Assembly (NCBI GenBank): GCA_964016885.1
Contig: OZ024741.1
Span: 120,962,001 to 121,026,000 of the forward strand
Reading direction: 5' to 3'
Length of the DNA: 64,000 nucleotides
Source: Eledone cirrhosa
Taxonomy: Eukaryota
Below the pieces are notes generated by a model, which did no database searches, was not told the DNA's origin, and was given only the letters and a program-made list of their open reading frames with translations. Made by a program: the position numbers and the translations under genes. Shown in pieces: positions 13,270 to 25,906 of this stretch (positions within the stretch are counted from its first letter, which is position 1; each line of letters opens with the position of its first letter).

Positions 13270-15920
13270 GTAATTCTATATGTATATATATATATATATG
13301 TATCAAAGGTATATATTGAGTTAGGAACTCAAAATAGTCTCTTACAATAAAAGAGCTCTAAGAAAGAGATTTTTCCGAGCCGTTTATTCTAATTGAATAT
13401 AAAAGAAAAATGCACACAGATATATACATATATGTGTTCAAATCGCAAGGAACCAGATTCGCTAAGGTGAAAAGAATACTAACTATAGACAATAGGGTTT
13501 GCCTGTCTTATATATATGACTTTTTCAATTTTCAACGGAAACTTCAATACTTATATATATATACATATAAGTACTCTATTGACTTATATTCATCATGCAG
13601 AAACAACATCTGAATATTTCTATAAAGAACATACCAAGCAGGAAAACATACCTAAAACTCCTGATACAGAAAACAGATGCGTTCATTAAAAGGTTGTGTT
13701 GGCGTGCCTTTTATTTCGATAATCCGCAAAAAGCAGACAACAAACAGGATAAATTTGGGTTTAAAACCTATAATAACCCTCCGTGTAACCCAGCATTGCT
13801 ACCCTTCGAAAATGATGTCTTGGAACCAATACGGAGTATCAAATTTCGGAATAGGAGCAATTCCTTCCGGCAGGACATGAAGAATAGAATTTGTTCTATT
13901 AAGGAATCTAATGCCGTGCACGTCCATTCCGACAAAACTGGCAACCTATATCAAGTGGAGCGCAGTACTTACCATCAACTACTACATAATGCTGTAACTA
14001 AGGATTACCGTAAAACTAATCGGTGCGTCATCAATGAAATCAACGATGCTGGGTTTAAAATCACCTCTGATCTCAACATCCTGGACCGGACCGAACCTCT
14101 AGACCCTATTTCTCCCCACTTTACCTTGAAGGATCACAAATCCAATTTTCCGAACAACCCCTCTATTCGGCTTATTAACCCTACAAAGTCTGATTTAGGT
14201 AGACTTAGTAAAAGGATTCTTGATAGAATTATACCTGAAATTAGAAGTTTGGCCCCTCTTGCACTGTGGACAATTCTTTCGCGGTGATTGATTGGTTCAA
14301 CGGCATATGCAACAAGGAACATTGCCGTTTTATCCAATTCGACATCAACAATTACTACTCCTCCATCACTTTACCACTTCTCCTTAGAGCTATCAATTTC
14401 GTTAAAACACTCACAGTGGTTAAGGATTTCGAAGTTGATGTCATCCTCAATGCCCGTAAGTCGGTGATTAATTTTGACGACTCTATTTGGATTAAAAAAT
14501 CCAATAGTACCCCATTTGATGTGAGTATGGGCGCCAGCGATTCTGCGGAGGTTACTTTATCTTATCGCCCTTTTCCTTCTTTTCTCTATCAAGGACGAAT
14601 TCCCCAACGCGAGCGGTGGTTTGTACCGTGATGATGGTCTTTTAACCATGACTAAGTGCGGCCCCCGTGCTTGCGACAGGTTCAGAAAAGAACTCACAGC
14701 CTTCTTTAAAGGCTTCAACCTCTCTATACAGGTTTCGGCGAACCTCTCGGTCGTTAATTACCTTGATGTTACCCTCAATTTATCGAATGGCTTGTATTAC
14801 CCGTATAGAAAGCCGAATGATACGTTTAATTACATGAGTAAGCATTCCAACCATCCTGCCAGCATAACCAAGAACCTGGTAAGAACCGTTTCGTTGAGGC
14901 TTTCCCGTCTATCTACTAACGAGCATATTTTCAACGACCATTCCACTTATTACAATGAAGCTCTTGCTCGGAGTGGATTTGTCGATAAGGTAGCATATAC
15001 AGAGTACGAGAATAGACCTAGAAGAAATAGATCCCGTCGCATAATATGGTATAACCCACCCTGTGGCCACACCATTAGCTAAGATCTTTCTATCCCTTAT
15101 TACGAATCATTTTCTCCCTACACATAAATATAGTAAAATTTTTAATAGAAATACTATTAAAATTTCTTACTCTACGACTCCTAACCTTGCACATAACATC
15201 TCAGCTTCAAATTTAGCTAAACTACCTAGCCGTAGGAAGACGTGCAACCCTGTAGTTAATACTAACTGTAATTGTAGGAATCGGGTTGATTGCCCCCTAT
15301 CCGAGAAATGCCTCTCTAGTAACATTGTCTACAAATGTAAGGTTGAAACATCCACGTCCCGTAGGGCCTACATAGGGTTAACCGCCAATAGATTCAAGCA
15401 GCGTCTTTACATGCATACCCATTCTTTTTGTTACCCTCTAAGAAGGAATATGACGTCACTTTCAGCTTATATCTGGAGTCTAAAAGAAAACCACACCCAA
15501 TATAAGTTACACTGGGAGATCCTAGCTAGGGCTAGATCATATAATGGAAATAAAAGACCATGTGACCTCTGCGCCGCTGAGGCCCTGGAAATACTCTACG
15601 CCACAGACCACATCTTAAACAAAAAATCTGAGGTTGATGTACGTCTCCGAACATTTGTGTATTTACATGTAGGTATGTGTGTGCGCTTGTTATATACGTA
15701 TTTATTTATTTATATACGTTTATTTAATTATTTGTATACACGCACACACACACACATATGTATATGAGCGTGTATTTGTATACCTATGGCGAGTGTTTTC
15801 GCGTATGCTTGTGTATGTACGTATTTGAATGCGTGTATGTATTTATTTAATTTCAATTACCTCTGTATTTTAGTTACTTTATTCTTAACTCTGAAGCGGA
15901 GAATCATTCGGTTTCCTAGT

Positions 15921-16198
15921 TAGAATTTTAGTCTACGACTTCAGTTATACCATTTACGTGGTTTTGTCTTTGCGTGCAATTGTTCTCTACGCTCCACATA
16001 TGACGTATTATCTTCGTTTTTTCCGTTCATTGCCAGAGAACGTCTCTATGAACCACCTAAGAGAATATTAGTCTACGACTTCTTTTATACCATAAACGTG
16101 GTTCTGTCTTTGCGTGTAATTGTTTTTCACCGCTCCAATTAATGACGTATCATATTCGTTTTTTCCCGTTATTTGCCAGGGAACGTTTCCACGTACCA
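15921..16198. repeat. Two diverged ~140-bp tandem units in the PLE2 3' region
   Basis: agaat(t/a)ttagtctacgacttc...ttgccag..aacgt at 15921 and 16061. Confidence 0.8.
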
Positions 16199-16277
16199 AA
16201 GTATCAGTCTTCCTGTCTTCCTCCGGTTGCAATGTTTTTTGAAATATTCACTTCTGCGTTTACAGATTGACTTTGTT

Positions 16278-16328
16278 AGTTTCAGAAGATCCTGTTAAGG
16301 GTGAAAGCAGCGATTCTTTGCTTAAACT
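16278..16328 (+). ncRNA. Degenerate type I hammerhead motif at the end of PLE2
   Basis: AGTTT-CAGAAGA-TCCT-gtta-AGGG-t-GAAA-GCAG-cgattct-TTGC-TT-AAACT; U4->A core change, likely inactive. Confidence 0.5.
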
Positions 16329-16457
16329 TTAATCTGTTATTTTAATAAATATATATATACATACATATATATGTATATATATATATGTATATATATATAT
16401 GTATATATTTATCTGTATATATATATATATGTATATATATGTATATATTTATATGTT

Positions 16458-16496
<39 letters not shown>

Positions 16497-16510
16497 ATAT
16501 ATATATATTC

Positions 16511-16566
<56 letters not shown>

Positions 16567-16611
16567 GAATATATTTATATGTATATATGTATATATATAT
16601 ATGTATATATA

Positions 16612-17472
16612 CAGGGTGAGGACGATATTTGTTCGCAATTTTCAACTGCTAATTTTATGCAAATTTTTTTAACTTCCATTGTCACTCTTGTCTTCATAAA
16701 AACAGTGACTATATTTCCATTATTTATTTTCAGAATAATTGATTATGAATAATTTTGAACCTCCAAATTTGTGGAAGAGACACGGAGTTCTTCTTGGAAT
16801 CCGCGCCGGGAGGACAAATAAGGAAATTTCAGACTTTCTCAGCGTCAGCAGGAGAATGGTGTCTCATCCAAAGATGTGCCCAGAGTCATGCAGACAAAGT
16901 TTCCAGCGACAACATTGGTCTTAGGTGTCGTGTGAAGTCAAGGTGACGCCATGCCACCTCACTTCTTCCCATCCGTGTTCTGAGCGAGGTAGTAAAGCCC
17001 TGGATCGACCAGATAGCTGCAGGTTGGCCGTACGTGTGGCAGCAAGACTCAGCGCCCTGCCATACCAGCCGAAAGACCCAAGCCTGGCTGTCAGAGAACT
17101 TTGTCGACCACACATCACCTGATATCTGGCCTCCCAGCTCGCCTGACTGCAACCCCCTCGGCTTCTTTGTGTGGGGCGCAGTGGAACGAGACACCAACAG
17201 ATCTAGCTGCAATATGAAAGACGATGTGAAGGCCAGGATCACAAGTGCCTTTAGGTGCCTAAGTCGGGGGACAGTGACGAAGGCCTGTAGCCAGTTCCGA
17301 GGCCGCCTTGAGGCCGTCATCAAAGCCAATGGCGGGTTTATAGAGTGAGATCGAAAGAACAAGTCATGAAGACAAACTGACCCAAGTTTCATAAATATAT
17401 CTTAAAAAATAAAACTACTGTGTTATTTTTTCCTAGACAGTAATCTTGCGAACAAATATCGTCCGCACCCTG
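16612..17472 (+). mobile_element. Tc1/mariner superfamily DD37D (maT-type) transposon, internally deleted
   Basis: 27-bp TIRs cagggtg(a/c)ggacgatatttgttcgcaa with TA flanks; N-terminal HTH-like remnant 16745..; WQQDSAPCH-WPPSSPDCNPLG with 37 residues between the second D and the third catalytic position (now G). Confidence 0.93.
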
Positions 17473-17524
17473 TATATATATATATATATTTATGTATATA
17501 TATATATATATATGTATATGTATA

Positions 17525-20481
17525 TCATCATCACCGTTTTATGGATTGTCCTGTTGTGGGAAGTGTCCGGTCGGGTGACCTTGTCTTGCTCATACGGGAA
17601 CTGATTCTGGCTGTGATTTCTACACCAACCTCATTTACAGTGAGTGCTGGGTGCTTTTTTTTCCGTGGCGCCTACACGTCCACTTTACAGTGTAGGCTGG
17701 GTGCTTCTTTGCCGTGGCACCTCCACTACCACTTTGCAGTGGGAGGGTGTGGGGGCATATTGTCTATATGCTTCAGCTTTGGCTTGTACTCTTGGGGAGT
17801 CGGGTCTTCTGTATTACTGCGTGACACCAGAGGTCACGGTCGTGTGTCATTGCCTTTGAGAGGTGTAGTTGAGTAAGGTCAGCTTTTATCACCTCATCCG
17901 AGGTGTTCTTGGGTCCCCCCACTCCGCGGTTTCCATCGACCTCTAGTGCTCTGCACCTTTTAATGCAGCTGTCATCCTTCATAAGCATCATATGTCCATA
18001 CCAACGCAACCACCTCTTCTGCATGCAGCATTTGATTCCTCTTATGCTCAGTCTCTCTCTCAATTCATTTATGCTTTGCCGTTCGCGTATATTATTATTA
18101 CACATCCATCGGACACGCAGGCTTCGTTTCTTTCTAATCTATGCAAGTCTTCCACAGACAGCGCCCAGGTCTCACTACCATGTAACATTGCTCTTCGTAT
18201 ACACGCATCATACAGTCTGCCTTTCATTTTAAGGGAAAAGCCTTTTGCAGCTAGCAGTGGCAGTAGCTCCCTGAACTTCTTCCATCCCGTTCTTAACCTA
18301 GTTATTGTACTTTCCGAACACCCACCTCCGCTGCTAATTCGGTCACCTAGGTAGCAGAAGCTGTCTACTGTTTCTACAGAACCCTCCCAGAGATCGGTGG
18401 TACTTGTTTCCTGTGGCTGTTTGCTGCTTGCTGTCCCAGCACAGCTGCTACATGTGAAGCCTACATTCTTAGTTAAGCTTCCTGAGATCCCGCTACATCT
18501 CTTGTGTACCCATTGTTTGCATTTGGGGCAGAGAATGGAGTTCCTACCTACACCTTTCCTAAATACTGAGCAAGGCCATTTCTCTGAGGGGATCTGGGTT
18601 CTGTTTTCTCGTCTACTTACAAGGACCTTAGTCTTTGTCATGTTGACTTTGAGACCCTTTCTTTCTAGTCCCTGCTTCCAAGTTTGGAATTTATTCTCTA
18701 GTTCTACCATAGATTCAGCTATAAGTGCGAGGTCATCAGCATACAGGAGTTCCCATGGGCATCCGGTCTTAAACTCCTCCGTTATTGGCTGCAGGACTAT
18801 GATCAACAGGAGTGGGCTAAGAACAGAGCGCTGGTGGATACCGACCTGTACGCTAAATTCCTCGCTATACTCATTGCTAATCCTAACTTTGCTGACTGCT
18901 CCCCTATACATGGCTTGTACCGCTTTCACAAGCCATTCATCTACTCCTAGTTTTCTAAGAGCCCACCAGATTATAGCACGTGGAACTCTGTCAAAGGCTT
19001 TCTTGAGATCGATGAATGCTAGGTAGAGTGGCTTACTTTTAGCTAGGTACTTTTCCTGTAACTACCTCACAAGGAAGAGGGCATCAGTGGTGCCTCTTCC
19101 TGGTACAAACCCAAATTGCATCTCATCTAGTTTCACCCGGTCTCTAATCAACTGTGCTATAACTCTTTCTGTTACTTTCATGACCTGGTTCATCAGCTTT
19201 ATACCTCTATAGTTTCCTCTATCTAGTGCATCACCTTTACCTTTGTAGCAGTTGACAATGATGCTACTGCACCAATCCTTTGGTATGACACCTTCTAGTA
19301 TTACCTGGTTAACAATACGTGTGGTTATGGTGTGACCTACCGACCCAGATGCCTTCAGCATCTCGGCAGCTATACCTGATGGAGCGGTTGCCTTCTCCGT
19401 CTTCATATCTTTTAATTGCCTTACTACGCTGCTACTGACTTGTACTGCTGGCCCCTCTATAGGGTCTACTTAGGGTAGGGTCTCTTCTTCCCATGCATTC
19501 TTCTCATTTCTTCTCAGCACTTGTGAGGGCAAGCTCGCTTTTATCATTCCGGATACACTTCTCTCCAATGACATCAGAATTCTCTCTGACACACTGCTTC
19601 GCAATCTTGAACACCTGTTTCTGGTCCTCACGTTGCAAAACATGCTTGAATTTTCTATCCTCTGCTTTCCTCCTAGCTAAGTATATTTGTCGCCTAGCTT
19701 ACCTCCTGGTCTCTATGTAATGTACGCTGCTTCCCCCGTTCTCCCATTCTTTCCATGCCTGTCTCTTGGCCTTAACTGCCTCATGTACCTTATTGTTCCA
19801 CCACTAAGTCACTCTCCTCCTGCCTGTGGTCTTACTCCAGCCACAGATCTCATCCGTTGCCTTTAGTAAGTTATTTTTTAGGAACTCCCAGTACTCTTCT
19901 ACATTGAATGTCTGTATCTGTTCTTCTTTACTGTCATAGGCGTTGAGTAAAATATCTTTAAATCTGATACTGGCTGAGGGGTCTTTCAGCTTCCAGAACT
20001 TTCTTCTCCAGGTTGGCTTCTGTTTCCAGGGTTGTCTAGTTCTGACCGTGAGGTTGCTGACAACTAAGCTATGTTGGGAGGTACATTCCTTACTAGGGAA
20101 GGCTTTTGTGTTTATGACCGTCCATCTGTCACATCCTCTGATGAGGATAAAATCTATCTGACTAGAATGCTCCCCTGATCCATAGGTGATCAGGTGGTTG
20201 TCAGGTTTTTTGAAGTTTGTGTTACATATCGACATGTCATTGGCGTCACAGAATTCTAGAAGCCTAAATCCTTCTTCATTTCTTGTGCCAATCCCATGGC
20301 CTCCATAGACTCTATAGAAGCCGTCACGGTGTTTAAAATCTCCTGCAATGATTACGAAGTCATTGTCGTTTGTTAGAGCAGTAGTGTGCATTAGGGACTC
20401 GTAAAACCTATCCTTAAGTTCGTCTGGCAACCCCGATTGGGGTGCATAAGCTGATATTATTGTGGTAATTGTTTTATTCAG
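17525..20481 (-). mobile_element. RTE LINE family B (PHD-containing), 5'-truncated and degenerate
   Basis: ORFs 19804..20430, 19062..19406, 18069..18929, 17773..18105; closely similar to 37492-40912. Confidence 0.95.
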
Positions 20482-20514
<33 letters not shown>

Positions 20515-20767
20515 ATATATATGTATGTATATATGTATATGTGTGTGTATATATATATATATATGAAAACGGAGAAAAAGACGATTATTAGGAAGAAAAA
20601 TATATTTTTTTCCTTTTTTATTTATTTCTCTCTTTTTTCTGGGTTAGAAAATGATTAAAACAAAATATTTATCTTTGTGTGAACTGTTAAGGTATTAGTT
20701 GATTTATTTATTAATTAACAATGGCATTTAGTTATTTATTTATTTATATTCTTGAGATCGATGATGA

Positions 20768-21767
20768 TGGGGTGGGGCTAGTGGGACGGGGGTGTATTTT
20801 TGTTAGAGGTGCCTACTGACTGTAGTAGGTTTCACTTTGTACTTAGGTAAGGCGGGTCTTCTGTATTACTGTGTAGCGCCAAAGATCTCGGTCCAGTGAC
20901 ATTGTCTTGGAGAGGTGTAAGTGTGTGAGGTTGGAATTTATCAAGTCGTCCCAGGTTTTTTGGGGTCTGCCTACTCCGTGGCTACCGTCTATTTTTATTG
21001 CCCTGCTCTTTTTTATACAGCTGTCTTCTTTCATTCGCATCACGTGACCGTACCAATGTAGTCTTCTCTCGAATAAACAACATCTGATCCCTCTTATTTC
21101 TAATTTTTCCCTTAGTTCGTTTATGCTTTGCCGTTCGCGTATATTACTATTACACATCCAGCGGAGCATGCAAGCTTCGTTCCTCTCTAGTCTGCGTATA
21201 TCCTCTGCACACAATGCCCAGGTCTCACTGCCATGTAACATTGCTGTTCATATGCAGGCATCATACAGCCTGCCTTTCATTTTTAGAGAGAACCCTTTAG
21301 CGGCTAATAGTGGTATAAGCTCTCTGAACTTTTCCCATCCAGTTCTGACTCTAGCTACTGTACTTTCAGAGCACCCTCCACCACTGCTGATTTTGTCACG
21401 CAAGTAACGGAAGGTGTCCACTATTTCTATAGAACCATCTGTGCAATGGAATGAGCTAGTATTCTGTGGGCACCTGCTGCTACTTATTGCACCAGAGCAC
21501 CGGCCACATATAAAATCTATATTCTTAGTTAGCTTACCTGTGATCCCACTACATCTTTTATGCACCCATACTTTGCATTTGGGACATAAAATGGCATTTC
21601 TGCCTACTCCTTTCCTACACACTGAGCATGGCCATTTCCCGGATGGGACCGGTGCCCTATTTACCTTCCTACAAACTGGAACTTTAGTCTTAGACAGGTT
21701 AATTTTAAGGCCTTTTGATTCTAGGCCATGCTTCCATGTTTGGAAGTTCTTCTCTAGTTCAGCCATA
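20768..21767 (-). mobile_element. RTE family A fragment (PHD to ORF end)
   Basis: ORFs 21248..21820 and 20843..21241 match family A. Confidence 0.93.
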
Positions 21768-22226
21768 AATGACCTCCAACCAAAATTAAATAGAAAACAT
21801 GAATGGAACAGCAACATCACAACCTACAATTCAGGACAAAATGAAAACACACACGCACATAGAACAAACAACTAACCAGTAACATGTAAATAAACATATA
21901 AATAAACAAATATAAACACACACAGACATCTGGATGTAACACATGCGCAAACTAAACACACAACACACACAAAAACAAGATGGCGTAGGACAGAACAAAG
22001 GAGAGGCACAAAAACAAAGAAAAGAATCCCAGTCACTGAAGAGGTCACAGAATGTGTACGAAAGAACTTTGACAATATATAAACAATCATCTGGTTGTGG
22101 AACCAACCAACCAACCGGAAATTTATAAATTCCTAAATTTGTAAATTTATTATAATAAATTGAAGTGAAAGCAACTGGTGCGTGTATTTCTTATTGGCAA
22201 CATGACCCTCCCAAAGTATAACAATA
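21765..22226 (+). mobile_element. Solo pLTR of a PLE1-related Penelope element abutting an RTE
   Basis: Homologous to 8565-9092 (INDLQPKLNRKHEWNSNIT...ccaaagtataacaat). Confidence 0.9.
22031..22073 (+). ncRNA. Minimal hammerhead ribozyme (second PLE1-family copy)
   Basis: aGTCA-CTGAAGA-g-GTCACA-gaa-TGTGtAC-GAAA-gaac-TT-TGAC; core intact, bulged stem II. Confidence 0.7.
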
Positions 22227-22281
22227 TCGGTTTCAACACACGTTTTCAGATAAAGAATCTTGCTAAACAAATTCAGAAACG

Positions 22282-22339
<58 letters not shown>

Positions 22340-22572
22340 ATATATATGTATATATATGTATATATGTATATATATGTATAGAATAATATATGTATATATA
22401 TGTATATGTATATATATATATATGTATATATATATGTATATATATATATATGTATATATATGTATATTTATATGTATATATATATATGTATATATATGTA
22501 TATGTATATATATATATGTATATATATATGTATATATATGTATATATATGTTTATATATATGTATATATATG

Positions 22573-22605
<33 letters not shown>

Positions 22606-22619
22606 GTATATATATATAT

Positions 22620-25600
22620 CCAATCTGGACTGCCCGGCACTATAAAAGACAGATTCTATGAGACACTGATGCTAACTACCTCCCAAATATCCGACAGTGA
22701 CTATATAATTATCGCAGGCGACCTAAATGGTCACGTTGGACAACATTGTGACGGCTACGACGAAATCCATGGAGGCTATGGGTTTGGTACTAGAAATGAG
22801 GAAGGCTCCAGAATCCTGGAATTCTGTGATGCAAATAACCTAACTATCTGTAACACTAACTTCAAAAAACGTGACAATCACCTGATCACCTATAGATCCG
22901 GGGAACACACAAGCCAGGTAGATTATATCCTTACCAGAAGACGTGACAGAGTGTCTGTTGTAAATACTAAATCCCTCCCCCATGAAGAATGCACCTCCCA
23001 ACATAGACTGATAATTAGCGACCTCATAGTCAGGACGAGACGTACTCGACAGCAGAAGAGGACTATCCTCAGGAGAAAAATATGGAAGCTAAAGGACCCC
23101 ACAGCCAGGAATAAATTTCAAAGCATATTACTTGATGCTTTCGACAGTAAGGAAGAACATTTAGAGTCGGACAATATAGAGGGAGAGTGGGAATTTCTGA
23201 AAACAAACCTGCTGTTGGCGACAGACGAAGTCTGTGGCTGGAGCAGGCCTGTAGGCAGGAGGAGAGTAACATGGTGGTGGAACAGTAAGGTGGAGGGGTC
23301 AATTAAGGCCAAAAAGCAGGCTTGGAAAGTATGGCGGGATGGGGGAAGTAGAGAGGACTATCAAGTGGCCAGGAGGGAAGCTAGGAGACAAGTGTACTTA
23401 GCAAGAAGGGAAGCCGAGGAAAGAAAGTTCAAGCATGTTCTACAACGCGATGACCAAAAACGTGAGGTGTTCAGGATTGCTAGGCAATGCGTCAACGAAA
23501 ACCGTGATATTGTCGGGGAGAAGTGTGTACTAAACGACGATGGCACACTTGCCATCACCGACGCTGATAAGAAGGTAGCTTGGAAGTGTCACTATGAAAG
23601 GCTACTAAATGAGGAGAATAAATGGGAGAAAGACAGTCTCCCCCATATCGACCCAATAGAGGGACCAGCAGCGTTAGTCGAGGGGAGTATAATAAGTAAG
23701 GCAATCAAGGATATGAAGACGGGTAAGGCGGCTGGGCCTTCGGAAATAGTTGCTGAGATGCTGAAGGCATCTGGCACGGTGGGACACACCATGGTCACCC
23801 GCATAGTTAACCAAGTCGTACAGAATGGGGTTGTTCCGAAGGACTGGCATAGCAGCATCATCGTTAACTGTTATAAGGGTAAAGGAGACGCCCTAGATAG
23901 GAGTAACTATAGAGGCATTAAATTAATCGACCAGGTCATGAAGGTCACGGAAAAAGTAATAGCGCAACTAATCAGAGAGAGAATTGACCTAGATGAAATG
24001 CAGTTCGGGTTTGTGTCAGGCAAAAGTACCACAGACGCTCTTTTCATAGTACGACAACTACAGGAGAAGTACCTAGCTAAAGGTAAACCCCTCTACTTAG
24101 CTTTTGTCGACTTGGAGAAAGCCTTCGACAGAGTCCCCCGCTCCATTATCTGGTGGGCTCTTAGAAAACTAGGCGTTGACGAATGGCTTGTGAGGGCTAT
24201 ACAAGCCATGTATAAAGAAACAGTCAGCAAGGTTAGAATTAACAACGGATATAGTGAAGAGTTTAGCGTAAAAGTTGGCGTCCATCAGGGCTCTGTTCTC
24301 AGCCCACTACTATTTATTATTGCCCTTCAGGCTATAACAGAGGAGTTCAAGACAGGCTGCCCATGGGAACTCCTATACGCAGACGACCTGACACTCATAG
24401 CGGAATCAATGGCCGAGCTAGAGAAGAAATTCCAAACATGGAAGCACGGCCTAGAGTCAAAAGGACTTAAAATTAACCTGGCTAAGACCAAAGTATTAGT
24501 TTGTAGGAAAGAAAACAAGGCGGCGGTCCCTTCTGGGAAATGGTCGTGCTCGGTGTGTAGGAAAGGCGTAGGTAGAAACTCCATTTTATGTCCTAAATGC
24601 AAAGTATGGGTGCATAAAAGATGTAGTGGGATCACAGGTAAGCTAACTAAGAACATAGATTTTACATGTGGCCGGTGCTCTGGTGCAATAAGTAGCAGCA
24701 AGTGCCCACAAAATACTAGCTCTTTCAATTGCGCAGAGGGTTCTATAGAAATAGTGGACAGCTTCCGTTACCTGGGCGATAAAATCAGCAGTGGGGGAGG
24801 GTGCTCTGAAAGTACTGTAGCTAGAGTCAGAACTGGTTGGAAAAAGTTCAGAGAGCTTATACCACTATTAGCTGCTAAAGGGTTCTCACTAAAAATGAAA
24901 GGCAGGTTGTACGATGCCTGCATACGAACAGCAATGCTGCATGGCAGTGAGACCTGGGCATTGTGTGCAGAGGATATACGCAGACTAGAGAGGAACGAAG
25001 CTTGCATGCTCCGCTGGATGTGTAACAGTAATATACGTGAACGGCAAAGCATAAACGAACTAAGGAAAAAATTAGAGATAAGAGGGATCAGATGTTGTTT
25101 ACTCGAGAGAAGGCTACGTTGGTATGGACACGTGATGCGCATGAAAGTCGATAGCTGTATAACAAAGTGCAGGGCAATAAAGATAGACGGTAGTCACGGA
25201 ATAGGCAGACCTAGAAAAACCTGGGACGAGCTGATAAACTCCGACATCACACACTTACACCTCTCCAAGACAATGTCACTGGACCGAGACCTTTGGCGGT
25301 ACTCAGTAACAGAGAAGACCCGCCTTACCTAAATATATAGTAAAACCTACTCCAGCCAGTAGGCATCTCTAACAAAATACACCCCGTCCCACCACCACCA
25401 CCCCCACCCCATCCACACCACCCTGTTCTATGTAAAGTTATGTTGGTGCCGCGCCATCGAGGCCGAAACAAATGAGATCGTGTAGGTGTCACGACAAAAA
25501 AACACACAGTCCACGCTGTAATGTGGCCGTGTAGGCAACACGGTAAAAACCTCCCAGACCCACACTGTAAATGTGGTTGGTGTTAGGAAGGGCATCCAAC

Positions 25601-25732
25601 TGTAGAAAACCTGCCAGACAGTCCTATGCGAGCAAGACAGTCACTCTTGCCTCAAGTGGGACTACCCCCGTCCAAACCCATGCAAGCGTGGAACACGGAC
25701 GTTAAACGTTGATGATGATGATGATGATGATG
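22620..25732 (+). mobile_element. RTE LINE family A, young 5'-truncated copy with uninterrupted ORF
   Basis: 903 open codons 22621-25332 (partial APE endonuclease GDLNGH/QVDY/SQH, RT YADD, PHD), 3' UTR and (TGA)n tail. Confidence 0.96.
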
Positions 25733-25906
25733 ATATATATGTATATATATATGTATATATATGTATATATATATGTATATATATATGTATATATATGTAT
25801 ATATATATGTGTATATATATGTATATATATGTATATATATATGTATATATATATGTATATATATATGTATATATATGTATATATATATGTGTATATATAT
25901 GTATAT

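Larger units (their letters stand above)
13595..16340 (+). mobile_element. Penelope-like element 2 (RT + GIY-YIG), frameshifted, with 3' UTR/pLTR
   Basis: Four consecutive ORFs: KNIP..FGFK..DKTGN..TLKDHK..RLINP / FDINNYYSSI..MGA / YRDDGL..SNHP / CNCR..IVYKC..YIGLT..FKQR..CDLC. Confidence 0.92.
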
